Shown: in pieces, positions 1 to 11,140 of the stretch
Layout of the letters: every line of letters starts with the position of its first letter
How positions within the stretch are numbered: position 1 is the stretch's first letter
Source: Strigamia acuminata
Lineage: Eukaryota
Direction of reading: 5' to 3'
Assembly: GCA_949358305.1 (NCBI GenBank)
Contig: OX442314.1
Location: 19,282,001-19,346,000, forward strand
Length of the DNA: 64,000 bases
Position numbers and translations under genes: made by a program
The notes under the pieces: generated by a model
The model's input: the letters and a program-made list of their open reading frames with translations, nothing else
The model's database searches: none
What the model was told of the DNA's origin: nothing

Positions 1-273
1 CGTCCCTTTGGACCGGTCACTTCTTCCACTATTGCCAGATGGATCAAAGAAACCTTGACCATGGCAGGAGTAAACACTGCAGTTTTTTCGGCCCATTTTA
101 CCCGAGCCGCCGCTACTTCCTTTGCTTGGTCAAAAGGTGTTAATATCTCTCACATTCTTCGGGCGGCTGATTGGTCATCCGCCTCTATATTTTTTAAATT
201 TTATAATCATCCAGTCGAAAAGATTTCGACGGATTTCACTTCTACGGTTTTAGAGGCTACGAAGAGCCTATAG
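1..273 (+). CDS. Tyrosine recombinase C-terminal fragment of the DIRS-like element (5' part outside the window)
   Basis: HxxR motif (HFTR) and a downstream putative catalytic Tyr (FFKFY). Confidence 0.8.
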   Translation, partial: RPFGPVTSSTIARWIKETLTMAGVNTAVFSAHFTRAAATSFAWSKGVNISHILRAADWSSASIFFKFYNHPVEKISTDFTSTVLEATKSL

Positions 274-741
274 TTAACAACATTTATTGCCTAAGCTGTA
301 ATATAATTGAATATTTTGCTAAGTTATGACGCAAAATATGAATTATATAAAGAGGCAATAAATGTTGTTATTTCCCACCCAACTTTTAGTTTTTGTTTTT
401 CTCGTTGATTGATATCTTGACCGCCCTTACAACATTTGTTTATTGTTTTTTATCGTATTTTCAGATCGCCAATAAGTCGATCCGTCACCTCTCCTTGATG
501 CCTTTCAGTAAATAAAGTATTATTTCTGAAACAACTTGTTTTTTATTCCTCAGTTCCTTAAAATTGGACTGGGGTCAGGTCTCGGGCTAGACCATAAGTA
601 GGGGTCAACCCCTCCACCTGGTATTTTTTCTTTAAAGTACTAGTATTTATTTTAATAATTGGACAAGCCTATAGTTAACAACATTTATTGCCTCTTTATA
701 TAATTCATATTTTGCGTCATAACTTAGCAAAATATTCAATT
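1..741 (+). mobile_element. 3' end of a DIRS-like (tyrosine recombinase) retrotransposon
   Basis: The ORF ending at 273 reads like a YR C-terminus (TIARWIK..L..AGV..FSAHFTRAAATS..ILRAADWSS..FFKFY). 305-370 is the exact reverse complement of the terminal 676-741 (ICR-like), and there is a 28-bp direct repeat at 265-292/666-693. Host intron sequence resumes at about 742 (tttaacag), matching the paralog near 22724. Confidence 0.85.
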
Positions 742-749
742 TTTAACAG

Positions 750-3425
750 CTTACAATACAAAAAAATCAAATGAAATCAAATTTAAAACAGTTTTGGCAC
801 ATCCCAAGCAAATCCAGAGTTGAAATTAATGTTGCTCTAACCGAGGTAATTTTCTTTTAATTTTTCCATTTTTTTTTATTGAATATTATTAAACGCGCAC
901 GTAGTATAACTTTGTGACAAATAAATGGAAAAAATGTGTTGCGATCGAAGAGTATGAGAGGTGTTACGACAATTGTTTTGTAAGACATTACCGTGAAGGT
1001 CAGCTATACCCTGAAATCAAGAAACATTTCTCATGCAGGTAAAATTAACAATCACATCTTATAGTAAATTGAAACAAACTTGGTTTTTCGATGCTTAGAT
1101 ATCCATTTGATCCCGAATTTATACATTTGCCACCATGCAGTCAAACCGACTTTTTGACGTACATTATTCATGCAATTTTTCCTGTGCGCCTTAAACCATC
1201 TGTCTGTAATTGTTCAGACCCATGTCACGATTACACGTTTGATATAAATTTCCACTACTATGCCAACCAAAAAGCTAACACAAACGTCAAAATAAGAAAA
1301 AGAACTTATTATGTAACTACATTCACTCAGCTGTACAGTTATGACATTACCACACTTCTGTGTGACATTGGAGAAAACTTAGGTCTTCTATTAGGCCTAT
1401 CATTACTTTCTATCTGCGACGTAGTGTACGTATGCTTCAAACACATTTCCATTAAAAGATGTTTGAAGAGATATAAAGTGTGTTCCTCTGTGAAAAGTAA
1501 AATTCAGCACATTTGTGAAATACACATGAAGAAGAACCAGGTCCCGCCATACGGCCCGTCGATGAGCGCAAAAATAATGAAAAACAAACGATCTTTTTCC
1601 AGTATACTCTGTATTGCTATATACTTGACATCATTGGGTTTTTGTTCGTTTATTACGATAAACAGAGCTTTACATTACTTCAGCTTTCCTACTAAAACTA
1701 TTGTTCGAGTGCGTAAAAATGAAACAATACAGTTTCCAACTATCGCTGTTTGTGCAGATAATAATTACATCAAAGATTTAAGAAATTTGTATTTCAAAAT
1801 CACTGGAAATCACTCTTGCTTGCCTTTGGATCAATACTTGGATGCATCAGAAACTACAGTACAAGATTTATGGCACAAATCTGCAACAGGAAATGTTATA
1901 TATCATGACAATTTCCCTGCTTTGGTATCAATATATTTATTATTATTATTACATTTAATTTTACTAAAGAGCAGAACCAACTGTAGAAAAACATATTTAG
2001 CCTTAATGTACCTTTCAACGTTTCAAGTGCTGATTTTTCCAGATTAACACGGGTGTGGTAATTGAAAAATCAAATTCGTCAAAAAACTTTGCCAAAAGTA
2101 AAAATTTTTATAGAATAAACAGGTGTACCGTATTCAAAAATTATTGCATGTTTTTGTTTTGACCTTCATCAGAACTACAAAAATATGGCAATATAAAATT
2201 CACTACACTTTACCGCAAAGTAACCCACCCCTGGTCCAGACCACGCATTTTAATCAGATAAATCAGTCAAAATAACTTTTCTATTGCAGCTAGAGTATGG
2301 CTGGATGTTTTTCTTTAAGTTGGCTAGTTCGAAATCGAAATGCTGCTTCTTAAAATTGTCTCTTTGTAAAAGAAATTTTTTTTTCCATCATCCATGGGCA
2401 TTGAAAAGTCGACATTTACCAATTATCCGACGGTGTATGGAAATTGTGCTAAATACAAGTTAGGTCTGTTATATCACTGTTTGAATAATAGTAATTTATT
2501 CTAATATGACTTCAATGCTAACTGTTCACAGATAAACCACTGGACGTGTTTGGAACTACGACTACAGTAGAAAGCGCGGTATACAATGTGAATGATTCTT
2601 CTTGTGAACAACCCGTAGTAACGGTATGTTCGTTAAAATAAATCGGCTAGAACAAGTGCATTATTTAAAAAGAATTCTTAGATTTTCATAGCCCCGAAAG
2701 ACGTCCCTTTAGATTTTGAGTTACGCACAACCCTGAAAATTCCAAGGAATAAAATAGCTATTATCGCTTTAAGATTTCAAAAAGTAATTAACTTATTGTC
2801 ATTGAAAATATTTAATTACGATACATTATTATTGATAGCAAAAAAATTGTATTACAGATAATTAGGTTAAATAGCCAAGACGAGCAACAATGCTCAAATA
2901 GAAAAACTGCTATCGATTGCCTTATGAAATGTCACGAAAAACTACTCTTCGAAAAAATACCTTGCAGGGAAGTTAACTGTTAATTTACAATTTACATATA
3001 GAATTATAACTGTTTTAGTTAAAATAAAGATCTTGTCTACTCTCTGCAGGTTGCCTTTCATGCCTGAAAATGGGAGACAGCAATTTTGCACAAATTCAAG
3101 ATCTGCTGAAGTATCCAGAACAATCTATGAAGAAATCTACGAAAGACATTTCCCAGATAGCAGTTGCAAATGTTTACCATCCTGCACCGAATTGAGATAC
3201 GAGTACAGCGACTTCATTGAACCTTACGACGAAGAGTTTACTTTTATTCAACTTTTCTTTCCAAAGGATCTCTTTGAAACGATTGAACAAGTGTATTCGT
3301 ATACATTCATAAAATTTATTTGTGATGTTGGCGGTATTTTGGCAATTGGATTAGGGTTCACAGTTTTAACGTTAGTTGATACTCTTCAAGCTCTCATCAG
3401 TTTTGCAGTTTCTTCTAAACATTAA
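750..3425 (+). CDS. Double-domain DEG/ENaC channel gene, copy 1 (5' exons lie upstream of the window)
   Basis: Exons 750-845, 905-1038, 1099-1924, 2373-2463, 2532-2623, 2682-2783, 2858-2967 and 3050-3425 join in frame without stops. They contain TM2 (CDIGENLGLLLGLS), a second TM1 with FPTIAVC, GNC, CLPSC and a second TM2 (CDVGGILAIGLGFT). The last donor is non-canonical (GG). Confidence 0.8.
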
Positions 3426-3562
3426 AAACTAAATATTGTATTTTGAAAATTAATATTATGGAACTGATTAGATTTGATACTTTGTTCAATATTAGTATTA
3501 CCGGTAGTCCTTTGCATGTAAATACACGGGTGCACCAGAATTTAAAAATTTTGCTTTTCCTG

Positions 3563-4065
3563 TGTGAAAACTAATGTTTTAGTAAAATATTTTGTTGTTG
3601 AATTTTTATTAAAAGGTTTTGGGAATTTTTGTATTAATTAAAATAGGTGATGGTGAATTTGGATTTTTTAGTGTTTTCTATTTTTTAATTGTTTACTTGA
3701 AGATTTTGAAGGGAAAAAAGTGAGTCATTGTTATAAAAGGGAACTTTTTGTCGTGTTTTCCGAGAACTTGTTAATTTTCACCAGATGTGGTGACATGTAT
3801 TGTTTTGGGTTTTTGACCCTTTTTCTGTCTTTTGTTCTTGATTCCAAGAACAAACCAATTATCTGTAGCATAAAAGTAGTTTTCTTTGCTTAAATAAATC
3901 AGTACAACATTTTCACTTTAACCAAGCAGAGCTGCTCTTGCTGAGCAGTTAGAATTTATTTTGTATTCACACACTGAAAAAGAACTTAGAAATTTCCGAA
4001 ACCTGAACCAACTGAATTTACATCAAAAAGAGAACTTTCAACATTTATAATTTGGGATTTTCACA
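3563..4065 (+). repeat. BEL/Pao 5' LTR
   Basis: Direct repeat of 9463-9965; TATA-like TATAAAA near 3732 and AATAAA near 3893. Confidence 0.95.
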
Positions 4066-4082
4066 TGGTGCCGAAACCCGGG
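4066..4082 (+). other. Primer binding site complementary to the tRNA-Phe 3' end
   Basis: TGGTGCCGAAACCCGGG immediately follows the LTR. Confidence 0.8.
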
Positions 4083-4154
4083 AAATTAATTTAACCCGGA
4101 CCTGAAAAATTTGTGTCAAGAACGTGAGTGTTGAAATTTGTTTTGAACGTAATA

Positions 4155-7100
4155 ATGGCCGAACTTTCGGAAATCGACAAGCTAAAAAGGAATCGCACGA
4201 CCGCGAGAACGGCGTGCACCCGGCTGACCAACGTAACAGCCGGCTTGCTGGCAGAGGTGCCGGTCGATTTAAAAAAGTTGGCGCGACACAAAGCCCAACT
4301 ACAAGCCAAAAAGGACATTTTGGCGGGGCTGGACGAACGGATTGGAAACTTGATCGCCGACGACAATGAAGCCACGGCCGACCAGGAAACGGCGGACATC
4401 TACCAGGAACGCCTGATAGACCAAATGGAGGACCTGGTGCAGCACGCGGACGAGATACGACGAGCCGAGATGGGGCAGGCGAACGAGGCGACAGCGGCCG
4501 CCAACCAAAAAAAACTGGAAGATGCAATCGCCGCCCAGATGCTGCTCAATCAACAGGCCATCACGGCCCAGATCGCTGCCCAGGTTCAAGTCCATGTGCC
4601 GCCGCCAGCCGTACAGCCACTGGTCAACGAGGAGCAGGATGCAGGTTCGATCAAACTTCCTACAATTAACATGCAGAAATATGGAGGGGACCCGACAGAA
4701 TGGTATGATTTTTGGAGTAACTTTGAAATTGGAATCGGGGGAAGCAAGAAACTCACCCCCAAAGCCAAACTCGTATATTTAAAAACATTTCTGGAGGGCC
4801 CAGCAGCCAGCGTGGTCGCGGGACTCAACCCGACCGATGAAAATTACGAGACGGCTAAACAATTGTTAACTAACCGCTTTGGCAAAAAAAATGTAGTCGT
4901 GAACGCGCATTTGCGTGCGATAGAAAAAGTGCAGGCGGTGAAGAAAATTAGCGATTTAGTAGCCCTTCGAAAACTTTATGACGAGTGCGAATTACACGTC
5001 AGAAGCCTTGAAAATTTGGAGGTGGATGTGGCCACATTTGGCGCCTTGTTATGCCCGAAACTTATGGCCGCCGTGCCGGACTTCATCGCGATGGGGTTCG
5101 CGCAGGGCGAAAACGACGACGAGACGGACATCAAGGCCTTCCTCGTGTTCTTGAACAAGCAAATTGGCTTGCGAGAACGAACGGCAGCAGCCAACAGTTA
5201 CAGCAAAGAGCCTAGCCAAGAGGAGAAGAAAACTAGCCGACCCCCCTTCAACAAAAGCACAGAATGGGTAAAAAAAAAGACGACCTTGCCATCGGTCAAC
5301 GCACTCACCATCCGCGCAGATGCATGTGCTTTTTGTGATGTAAACGAGCACACCAGCGAAGTTTGCCCGTTGCTGCCCCACAAGAAAAGAAGGAACTTAA
5401 TGAGCGCAGGTCGCTGTTTTCTGTGCCTCGACAAGGGGCATCGTGTGCCCAAATGCACGGCAAAAATAAAATGCGGGAAGTGCAACAGACGTCACCACAC
5501 TCAATTATGCGAGGACGACGACGCAGAAGAAATTAAAACCACCGCCGTGTTGGGAACTAATCAAAAACAAGATTTATATTTCCAGGTTCTCATGGTCGAC
5601 GTCGAGTCAGACGAGAGGAGGAAAACCGTGCAGTGTTTTTTTGACGGAGGAAGTCATAGAACATTCATCACCGAGAGACTGTCGAGAGAATTGAACGCGC
5701 ACGAAATTGGAGAGACGACGATGAACATCGTGCCCTTTGGTCAGCGCGAACCTGCACCTGTGCAGCGCAAACAAGTTCGAGTGACTCTGCGCGCACGAGA
5801 CGGTGAAGACAGTCAAATTGAGGTACAAGCTATCGTGGTGCCCTGGATCACCAGCTCGGTGGTCAAACAGACTGACGGCAACGTGCAAACAATGCTGAAA
5901 AAGCACGGAATCAAATTAAATGTCGATCAAAATCAAATTCGACATGGTGATGTAAATGTTTTGGTGGGTGCGGACTATTTCTGGAAAATTATGAGCGGTC
6001 GAGTGGAGAGACTGGGGCCAGGGCTGGTTGGATTGGAGACCATGTTTGGATGGACCATTCACGGCTCAAATAACGAAATTGAACAAAAAGAAAAATGCAT
6101 GGTCGTTCAGGTGAATTTATCAAAAATTGAAGAAAAAATAGACTTACAATTACAGAAGTTCTGGGAGCTGGACGCCATCGGCATACTGCACGAAGCCAAC
6201 ACAGGGAAGCAGGACGAGGATCAACAAGCGCTGGAAGAATTCAAACGATCGCTGAAATGGAACGGCGTCCGCTACGAGGTTCGATTGCCATGGCTAGTCT
6301 CGAAGGATGAACTTGACGATAATTACACTATTGCCCTTCGTCGCTTTTGGAATTTGGTGCGCAAATTCAAAAAAGATCCAGAGTTGTACGACAAATATCG
6401 GGAAGTAATTAATAATCAAATCGCCGAGGGAATAGTGGAGGATATGCCAAGCGAGGTGGTCCAAAATCGTTGTTATTACCTCCCACATAGCCCTGTGATT
6501 CGAGAACAGCGTGAAACGACGAAATTACGTGTCGTGTGCGACGCATCATCACGAGGAGCGAGAAGCAAATCACTGAACGACTGCTTATTCACCGGCCCCA
6601 ACCTGCTTCCCGAAATAATTGACATGTTAATCCATTTTAGAGCTTACATTTATGCAGCTGTTGGCGACATCGTTAAGGCGTTTCACCAAATCGGGATCCA
6701 TTTGGACGATAGAGACTGCTTGCGATTTTTTTGGCTGTGTGACGAGTGGGACGGCAAAGGACCATTGAAGTTACGAATTTTGAGGCAAACTCGTGTATTA
6801 TTTGGGGCCACTCCAAGCCCCTTCCTGTTGAATGCGACGATACGCGAACACCTCATGAAATTCGTCGAGCAGTATCCGGAAACAGTTTTGCAAGTATTGT
6901 TGCGATTTTACGTCGATGACTTTATTAACAGTAATCACGATGAGACGGCGCTGACGAAAACATGTTACGAGGTCGCCGAAATTTTAAAGAAGGCCAACAT
7001 GGAACTAACCAAGTGGATGACCAATTCGACACAGGTGCGAGAAAAGATGACCTCGTCAACAAGCAGTGAAAAACAATCAACAAAGGTTTTAGGATTGGTT

Positions 7101-9467
7101 TGGGACTTGACGTTAGACATGTTGACACTAGAAATGGGCAAACTTTTAGAAAAAATGAAAGTGGAGCAAATCACAAAAAGAAATGTGATACAAGTGGTGG
7201 CCAGCATATTCGATCCGTTGGGTTTCGCCAGTCCATTCAGTGTTACGGGGAAGCTAATTTTTCAAAGTCTGTGGCGCCTGAAAATAGATTGGGATAAAAA
7301 ACTGCCAAATGAAGAAGCCAAGAAATGGGAAGAATGGAAATGTCAGATCCCGATTTTAGCACAAATTAAAGTGCCACGTTGGACAGGCTTCGACAGTGAC
7401 TGTTCAAATGTAGAAATACATATGTTTTGTGACGCCAGCCCACTCGCCTATGGTGTAGTAATTTACACTAGAGTGGGCAAAAATGATAATTTTGAAACTC
7501 TTTTCGTTCTCTCAAAATCCAGAATCGCGCCAGTGAAGACCATCACCTTACCACGACTTGAGTTGATGGGCGCGCTCTTGTCGTCCAGATTGGTAAAAAA
7601 GTTGACCGAGTTGCCAGCTTCCCGGACCATATGCTGGACAGATTCGACAATAGTGTTGTCATGGCTCAAACGAGGAAGCAGCAGGACAATTCCATTCGTA
7701 TCCAGACGAGTCGAGGAAATCCAGAGCAACGCGCCACAAATGGAATGGCGACACATCCCCGGCAAGGAAAATCCTGCAGACCTGCTGACCCGAGGAATCG
7801 ATGCCCAACAGCTGTTGGACGATCAAACATGGTGGCGGGGACCGAGATGGCTATCCGAGAGTGAGGAAAATTGGCCGCAAGCCGATATTGACCTCGAATA
7901 CGAAGACGATGTCGACGAGCAAATAAACATCGTGGTGGAAGAAACGTCCAATTCAAGAGACATTTTCGATTCAGACAAATACGGTTCATGGTCGAAGTTA
8001 CTACGCGTGACAGCATGGGTAAGACGATTCATAAACAATTTGAAATCTAAAATTCGAGATGGCAGTCCACTGTCAATACGAGAGTTGGATAAAGCTGAGC
8101 ACTATTGGATCCGAGAAATTCAAAGTGCTCATTATTCAAACGATTTAAACGCCTTGAGGACGGGGCGGGAGCGTGATAAAGCGACTGAGTTGGGTCAAAT
8201 CGATTGCGCACTTGATGAACACGAACTGTTACATGTGAGACCAAGAATTAAATGGAGTGAGGTGAATCCAGGAACCAAAGGACCGTGGGTATTACATGAC
8301 AAAAATCATCTAATAGGACTCATTGTTAGAAGTGCACACGAACGCGTGTTTCACGGAGGGCTGAGCGACACGTTGGCTGAAATAAGATGTCGTTATTGGT
8401 TCCCACACTCCAGAAGCGTCATCAAGCGTATAATAAATAACTGTTTTGTTTGTAGACGAGTTCAAGGCCGACTTATGCGACAAATAGAAGCTCCAATGCC
8501 GTCTGATAGAGTCAAGCAAGCGGATCCGTTCCAAGTCGTAGGCGTCGACTTTGCTGGGCCTCTTTATCAACGATCAGGGCAAAAGAGTTATATTGTGCTG
8601 TTCACGTGTGCTGTTACCCGCGCTCTACATCTAGAACTAACAACCACAATGAATACGGAGGACTTTGTGTTGGCTTTGCGACGATTTTTCTCACGACGAG
8701 GCGTGCCGAGCGTTATTTATTCAGATAATGCAAAAACTTTTAAAAAAGCTGATGTAGAATTGAGAACCTTAATTAATGGCATTCGAAAAGAAGAAATAAG
8801 TGGGTATTTGGCTAGGAATGGGGTGGAATGGAAATTTATTGTTGAAAGGGCCGCCTGGTGGGGTGGGTTTTGGGAACGCATGGTTCGGTCTGTCAAAACT
8901 TGCTTAAAAAAGATTTTGGGGAAACGTGTTCTCACTTTTGAGGAGTTGACCACCGTCCTATGCGAGGTGGAGGCCATGATCAATTCACGGCCCATCACTT
9001 ATGTCTACGCCGACTCAAGTGAGCGTGAACCCTTGACCCCCTCCCATTTTTTGGTCGGTAAACGCCAAATAACCCTCCCAGATGCTTTTCAAATTGATAC
9101 AAAACAGTTGACATCACATTCTGCCGAATTGCTGAAGAGATGGAAATTAAGGGAAAAGTTGGTAAAACATATTTGGGGGAGGTGGAGAAAAGAGTATTTG
9201 ACCGAGTTGAGAGTATTTAGAACTGCTCGAGAACGGAGAGAGTTAAAAAAGGGAGATGTGATTTTGATACAAGACGAGAATCAACCTCGTTCTACCTGGG
9301 CAATGGGACAAGTGACAGAAACATTTCCAGGAAGGGATGGGAAAGTCCGGTCGGGTGAGGTCAGACTAGCTAACGGAAAAAGATTGCGGCGTCCGGTCCA
9401 GAGATTGTGCTTACTAGAGACGCACGATGATGATGTCGAGAATAATACTGACCCCCCCCCAGTGTGA
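4155..9467 (+). CDS. BEL/Pao Gag-Pol polyprotein (single ORF)
   Basis: Three Cys/His knuckles, protease FFDGGS, RT YVDD, RNase H FCDAS, integrase H..H/C..C with VGVDFAGP, SDNA and GGFWERMV. First ATG at 4155. Confidence 0.95.
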   Translation: MAELSEIDKLKRNRTTARTACTRLTNVTAGLLAEVPVDLKKLARHKAQLQAKKDILAGLDERIGNLIADDNEATADQETADIYQERLIDQMEDLVQHADEIRRAEMGQANEATAAANQKKLEDAIAAQMLLNQQAITAQIAAQVQVHVPPPAVQPLVNEEQDAGSIKLPTINMQKYGGDPTEWYDFWSNFEIGIGGSKKLTPKAKLVYLKTFLEGPAASVVAGLNPTDENYETAKQLLTNRFGKKNVVVNAHLRAIEKVQAVKKISDLVALRKLYDECELHVRSLENLEVDVATFGALLCPKLMAAVPDFIAMGFAQGENDDETDIKAFLVFLNKQIGLRERTAAANSYSKEPSQEEKKTSRPPFNKSTEWVKKKTTLPSVNALTIRADACAFCDVNEHTSEVCPLLPHKKRRNLMSAGRCFLCLDKGHRVPKCTAKIKCGKCNRRHHTQLCEDDDAEEIKTTAVLGTNQKQDLYFQVLMVDVESDERRKTVQCFFDGGSHRTFITERLSRELNAHEIGETTMNIVPFGQREPAPVQRKQVRVTLRARDGEDSQIEVQAIVVPWITSSVVKQTDGNVQTMLKKHGIKLNVDQNQIRHGDVNVLVGADYFWKIMSGRVERLGPGLVGLETMFGWTIHGSNNEIEQKEKCMVVQVNLSKIEEKIDLQLQKFWELDAIGILHEANTGKQDEDQQALEEFKRSLKWNGVRYEVRLPWLVSKDELDDNYTIALRRFWNLVRKFKKDPELYDKYREVINNQIAEGIVEDMPSEVVQNRCYYLPHSPVIREQRETTKLRVVCDASSRGARSKSLNDCLFTGPNLLPEIIDMLIHFRAYIYAAVGDIVKAFHQIGIHLDDRDCLRFFWLCDEWDGKGPLKLRILRQTRVLFGATPSPFLLNATIREHLMKFVEQYPETVLQVLLRFYVDDFINSNHDETALTKTCYEVAEILKKANMELTKWMTNSTQVREKMTSSTSSEKQSTKVLGLVWDLTLDMLTLEMGKLLEKMKVEQITKRNVIQVVASIFDPLGFASPFSVTGKLIFQSLWRLKIDWDKKLPNEEAKKWEEWKCQIPILAQIKVPRWTGFDSDCSNVEIHMFCDASPLAYGVVIYTRVGKNDNFETLFVLSKSRIAPVKTITLPRLELMGALLSSRLVKKLTELPASRTICWTDSTIVLSWLKRGSSRTIPFVSRRVEEIQSNAPQMEWRHIPGKENPADLLTRGIDAQQLLDDQTWWRGPRWLSESEENWPQADIDLEYEDDVDEQINIVVEETSNSRDIFDSDKYGSWSKLLRVTAWVRRFINNLKSKIRDGSPLSIRELDKAEHYWIREIQSAHYSNDLNALRTGRERDKATELGQIDCALDEHELLHVRPRIKWSEVNPGTKGPWVLHDKNHLIGLIVRSAHERVFHGGLSDTLAEIRCRYWFPHSRSVIKRIINNCFVCRRVQGRLMRQIEAPMPSDRVKQADPFQVVGVDFAGPLYQRSGQKSYIVLFTCAVTRALHLELTTTMNTEDFVLALRRFFSRRGVPSVIYSDNAKTFKKADVELRTLINGIRKEEISGYLARNGVEWKFIVERAAWWGGFWERMVRSVKTCLKKILGKRVLTFEELTTVLCEVEAMINSRPITYVYADSSEREPLTPSHFLVGKRQITLPDAFQIDTKQLTSHSAELLKRWKLREKLVKHIWGRWRKEYLTELRVFRTARERRELKKGDVILIQDENQPRSTWAMGQVTETFPGRDGKVRSGEVRLANGKRLRRPVQRLCLLETHDDDVENNTDPPPV

Positions 9468-9965
9468 AAACTAATGTTTTAGTAAAATATTTTGTTGTTG
9501 AATTTTTATTAAAAGGTTTTGGGAATTTTTGTATTAATTAAAATAGGTGATGGTGAATTTGGATTTTTTAGTGTTTTCTATTTTTTAATTGTTTACTTGA
9601 AGATTTTGAAGGGAAAAAAGTGAGTCATTGTTATAAAAGGGAACTTTTTGTCGTGTTTTCCGAGAACTTGTTAATTTTCACCAGATGTGGTGACATGTAT
9701 TGTTTTGGGTTTTTGACCCTTTTTCTGTCTTTTGTTCTTGATTCCAAGAACAAACCAATTATCTGTAGCATAAAAGTAGTTTTCTTTGCTTAAATAAATC
9801 AGTACAACATTTTCACTTTAACCAAGCAGAGCTGCTCTTGCTGAGCAGTTAGAATTTATTTTGTATTCACACACTGAAAAAGAACTTAGAAATTTCCGAA
9901 ACCTGAACCAACTGAATTTACATCAAAAAGAGAACTTTCAACATTTATAATTTGGGATTTTCACA
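9463..9965 (+). repeat. BEL/Pao 3' LTR
   Basis: Direct repeat of 3563-4065. Confidence 0.95.
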
Positions 9966-11140
9966 TCCTGTTGTTGCCAAGACAATTTGTTTCACACCTC
10001 ATTGCATCTACACTTGTTTATTAGCAAGCAATACGTACAATGTTGCTATGCCATTGTCAGGCAACCTTGCACAAATATCAACTCGAATAAAAACAGTCAT
10101 GGTGTTGCAAAATTTCTTCAATTGACAAGTCTTGTTTATTTCTTCCTTAAACTGCAGCTCGTTATCAAAGCAAAGAGCGAACACTGTAAAAATAAACAGT
10201 TTTAGCAATGAATCTCAATCCCAGCAACAATTACACCGATCAACACAAGGCCAGTTTGGCATGAGTGTTGAAAGTGGTGTTTGAGTTTGGAAGTCAGATC
10301 AAGAGAGATCAGAGTGAGCCAAAAATCATTTGACCCACCCTGGAATTTGCTCAGTAAAGCTGTGCAGAACTCTTAATTTAGTTGATTACAAGCAACCGTT
10401 TAACATCTGCATGCAAACCTCAGGGCACGCACAAGCGAAGGGGAAAGAAACTTCTCCCACAGCTTGCTCCTGATGCACAACACAAAGGATTGGACCACTC
10501 TACTTGTATATTGTGCTAAAGAGAGTTGCCCCTTTCACCAGAAGTGAGCAAAAAGTTATAAAACATAAATAATACGGAGTATTTTATTTACACAAAAATA
10601 TGGTGCACACTTAAGAATATAATTGGAGGTCACCACAAATCTGACTCTAGTCACAACTCATCTTGGATAAATTGCTAGCATAAGTAATTTATATTAGCAA
10701 CACCCCCATAAATTTGCACTGTAATGGATTGCCCACACTCCGTTAACGAACTTTGATTATTGCAATCATAATTGTTAAATGGGCAGCTTTTGTGAGTGGA
10801 TTTGGGAGGTAAGCCAAACGATTTTTGATGCACTCACATCACTTTTCATCTTTTTTCAGCCTTGCTTGTCGTATCACCTCTCTTCCATTGAAAGAAGAGT
10901 TGATCGTGTTTTTGGAATCTATAGAAAGACATTTATGCTGTATCGCTCACTAAATATTTTCAATTTGTGTACGATTTTGGCATTGAGTTTACTCTGCCAA
11001 AATCAGTACTCACTCATCGCCATCGTCCGTGGATCATCGAGAAGATTTCGAGACCCAACATCGTGTATGAGAGCTTCTGTGTATCGCAGTTTTTCCGCTA
11101 CATCATCGTTCTTTCGTATTTAGCAACACATTCCATTATT

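Larger units (their letters stand above)
3563..9965 (+). mobile_element. Full-length BEL/Pao LTR retrotransposon
   Basis: 503-bp TG..CA LTRs at 3563-4065 and 9463-9965 with no difference seen by eye. 5-bp TSD TCCTG at 3558-3562 and 9966-9970. PBS TGGTGCCGAAACCCGGG directly after the 5' LTR. Confidence 0.97.

Noticed and set aside
1540..1556. VPPY as a Nedd4-binding PY motif in the linker
   Set aside because: It does not fit PPxY and aligns better with the pre-TM1 HG-loop position.
4045..8998. Short antisense and alternative-frame ORFs in the BEL/Pao element
   Set aside because: Shadow ORFs of the GC-richer pol sequence with no recognisable motifs.
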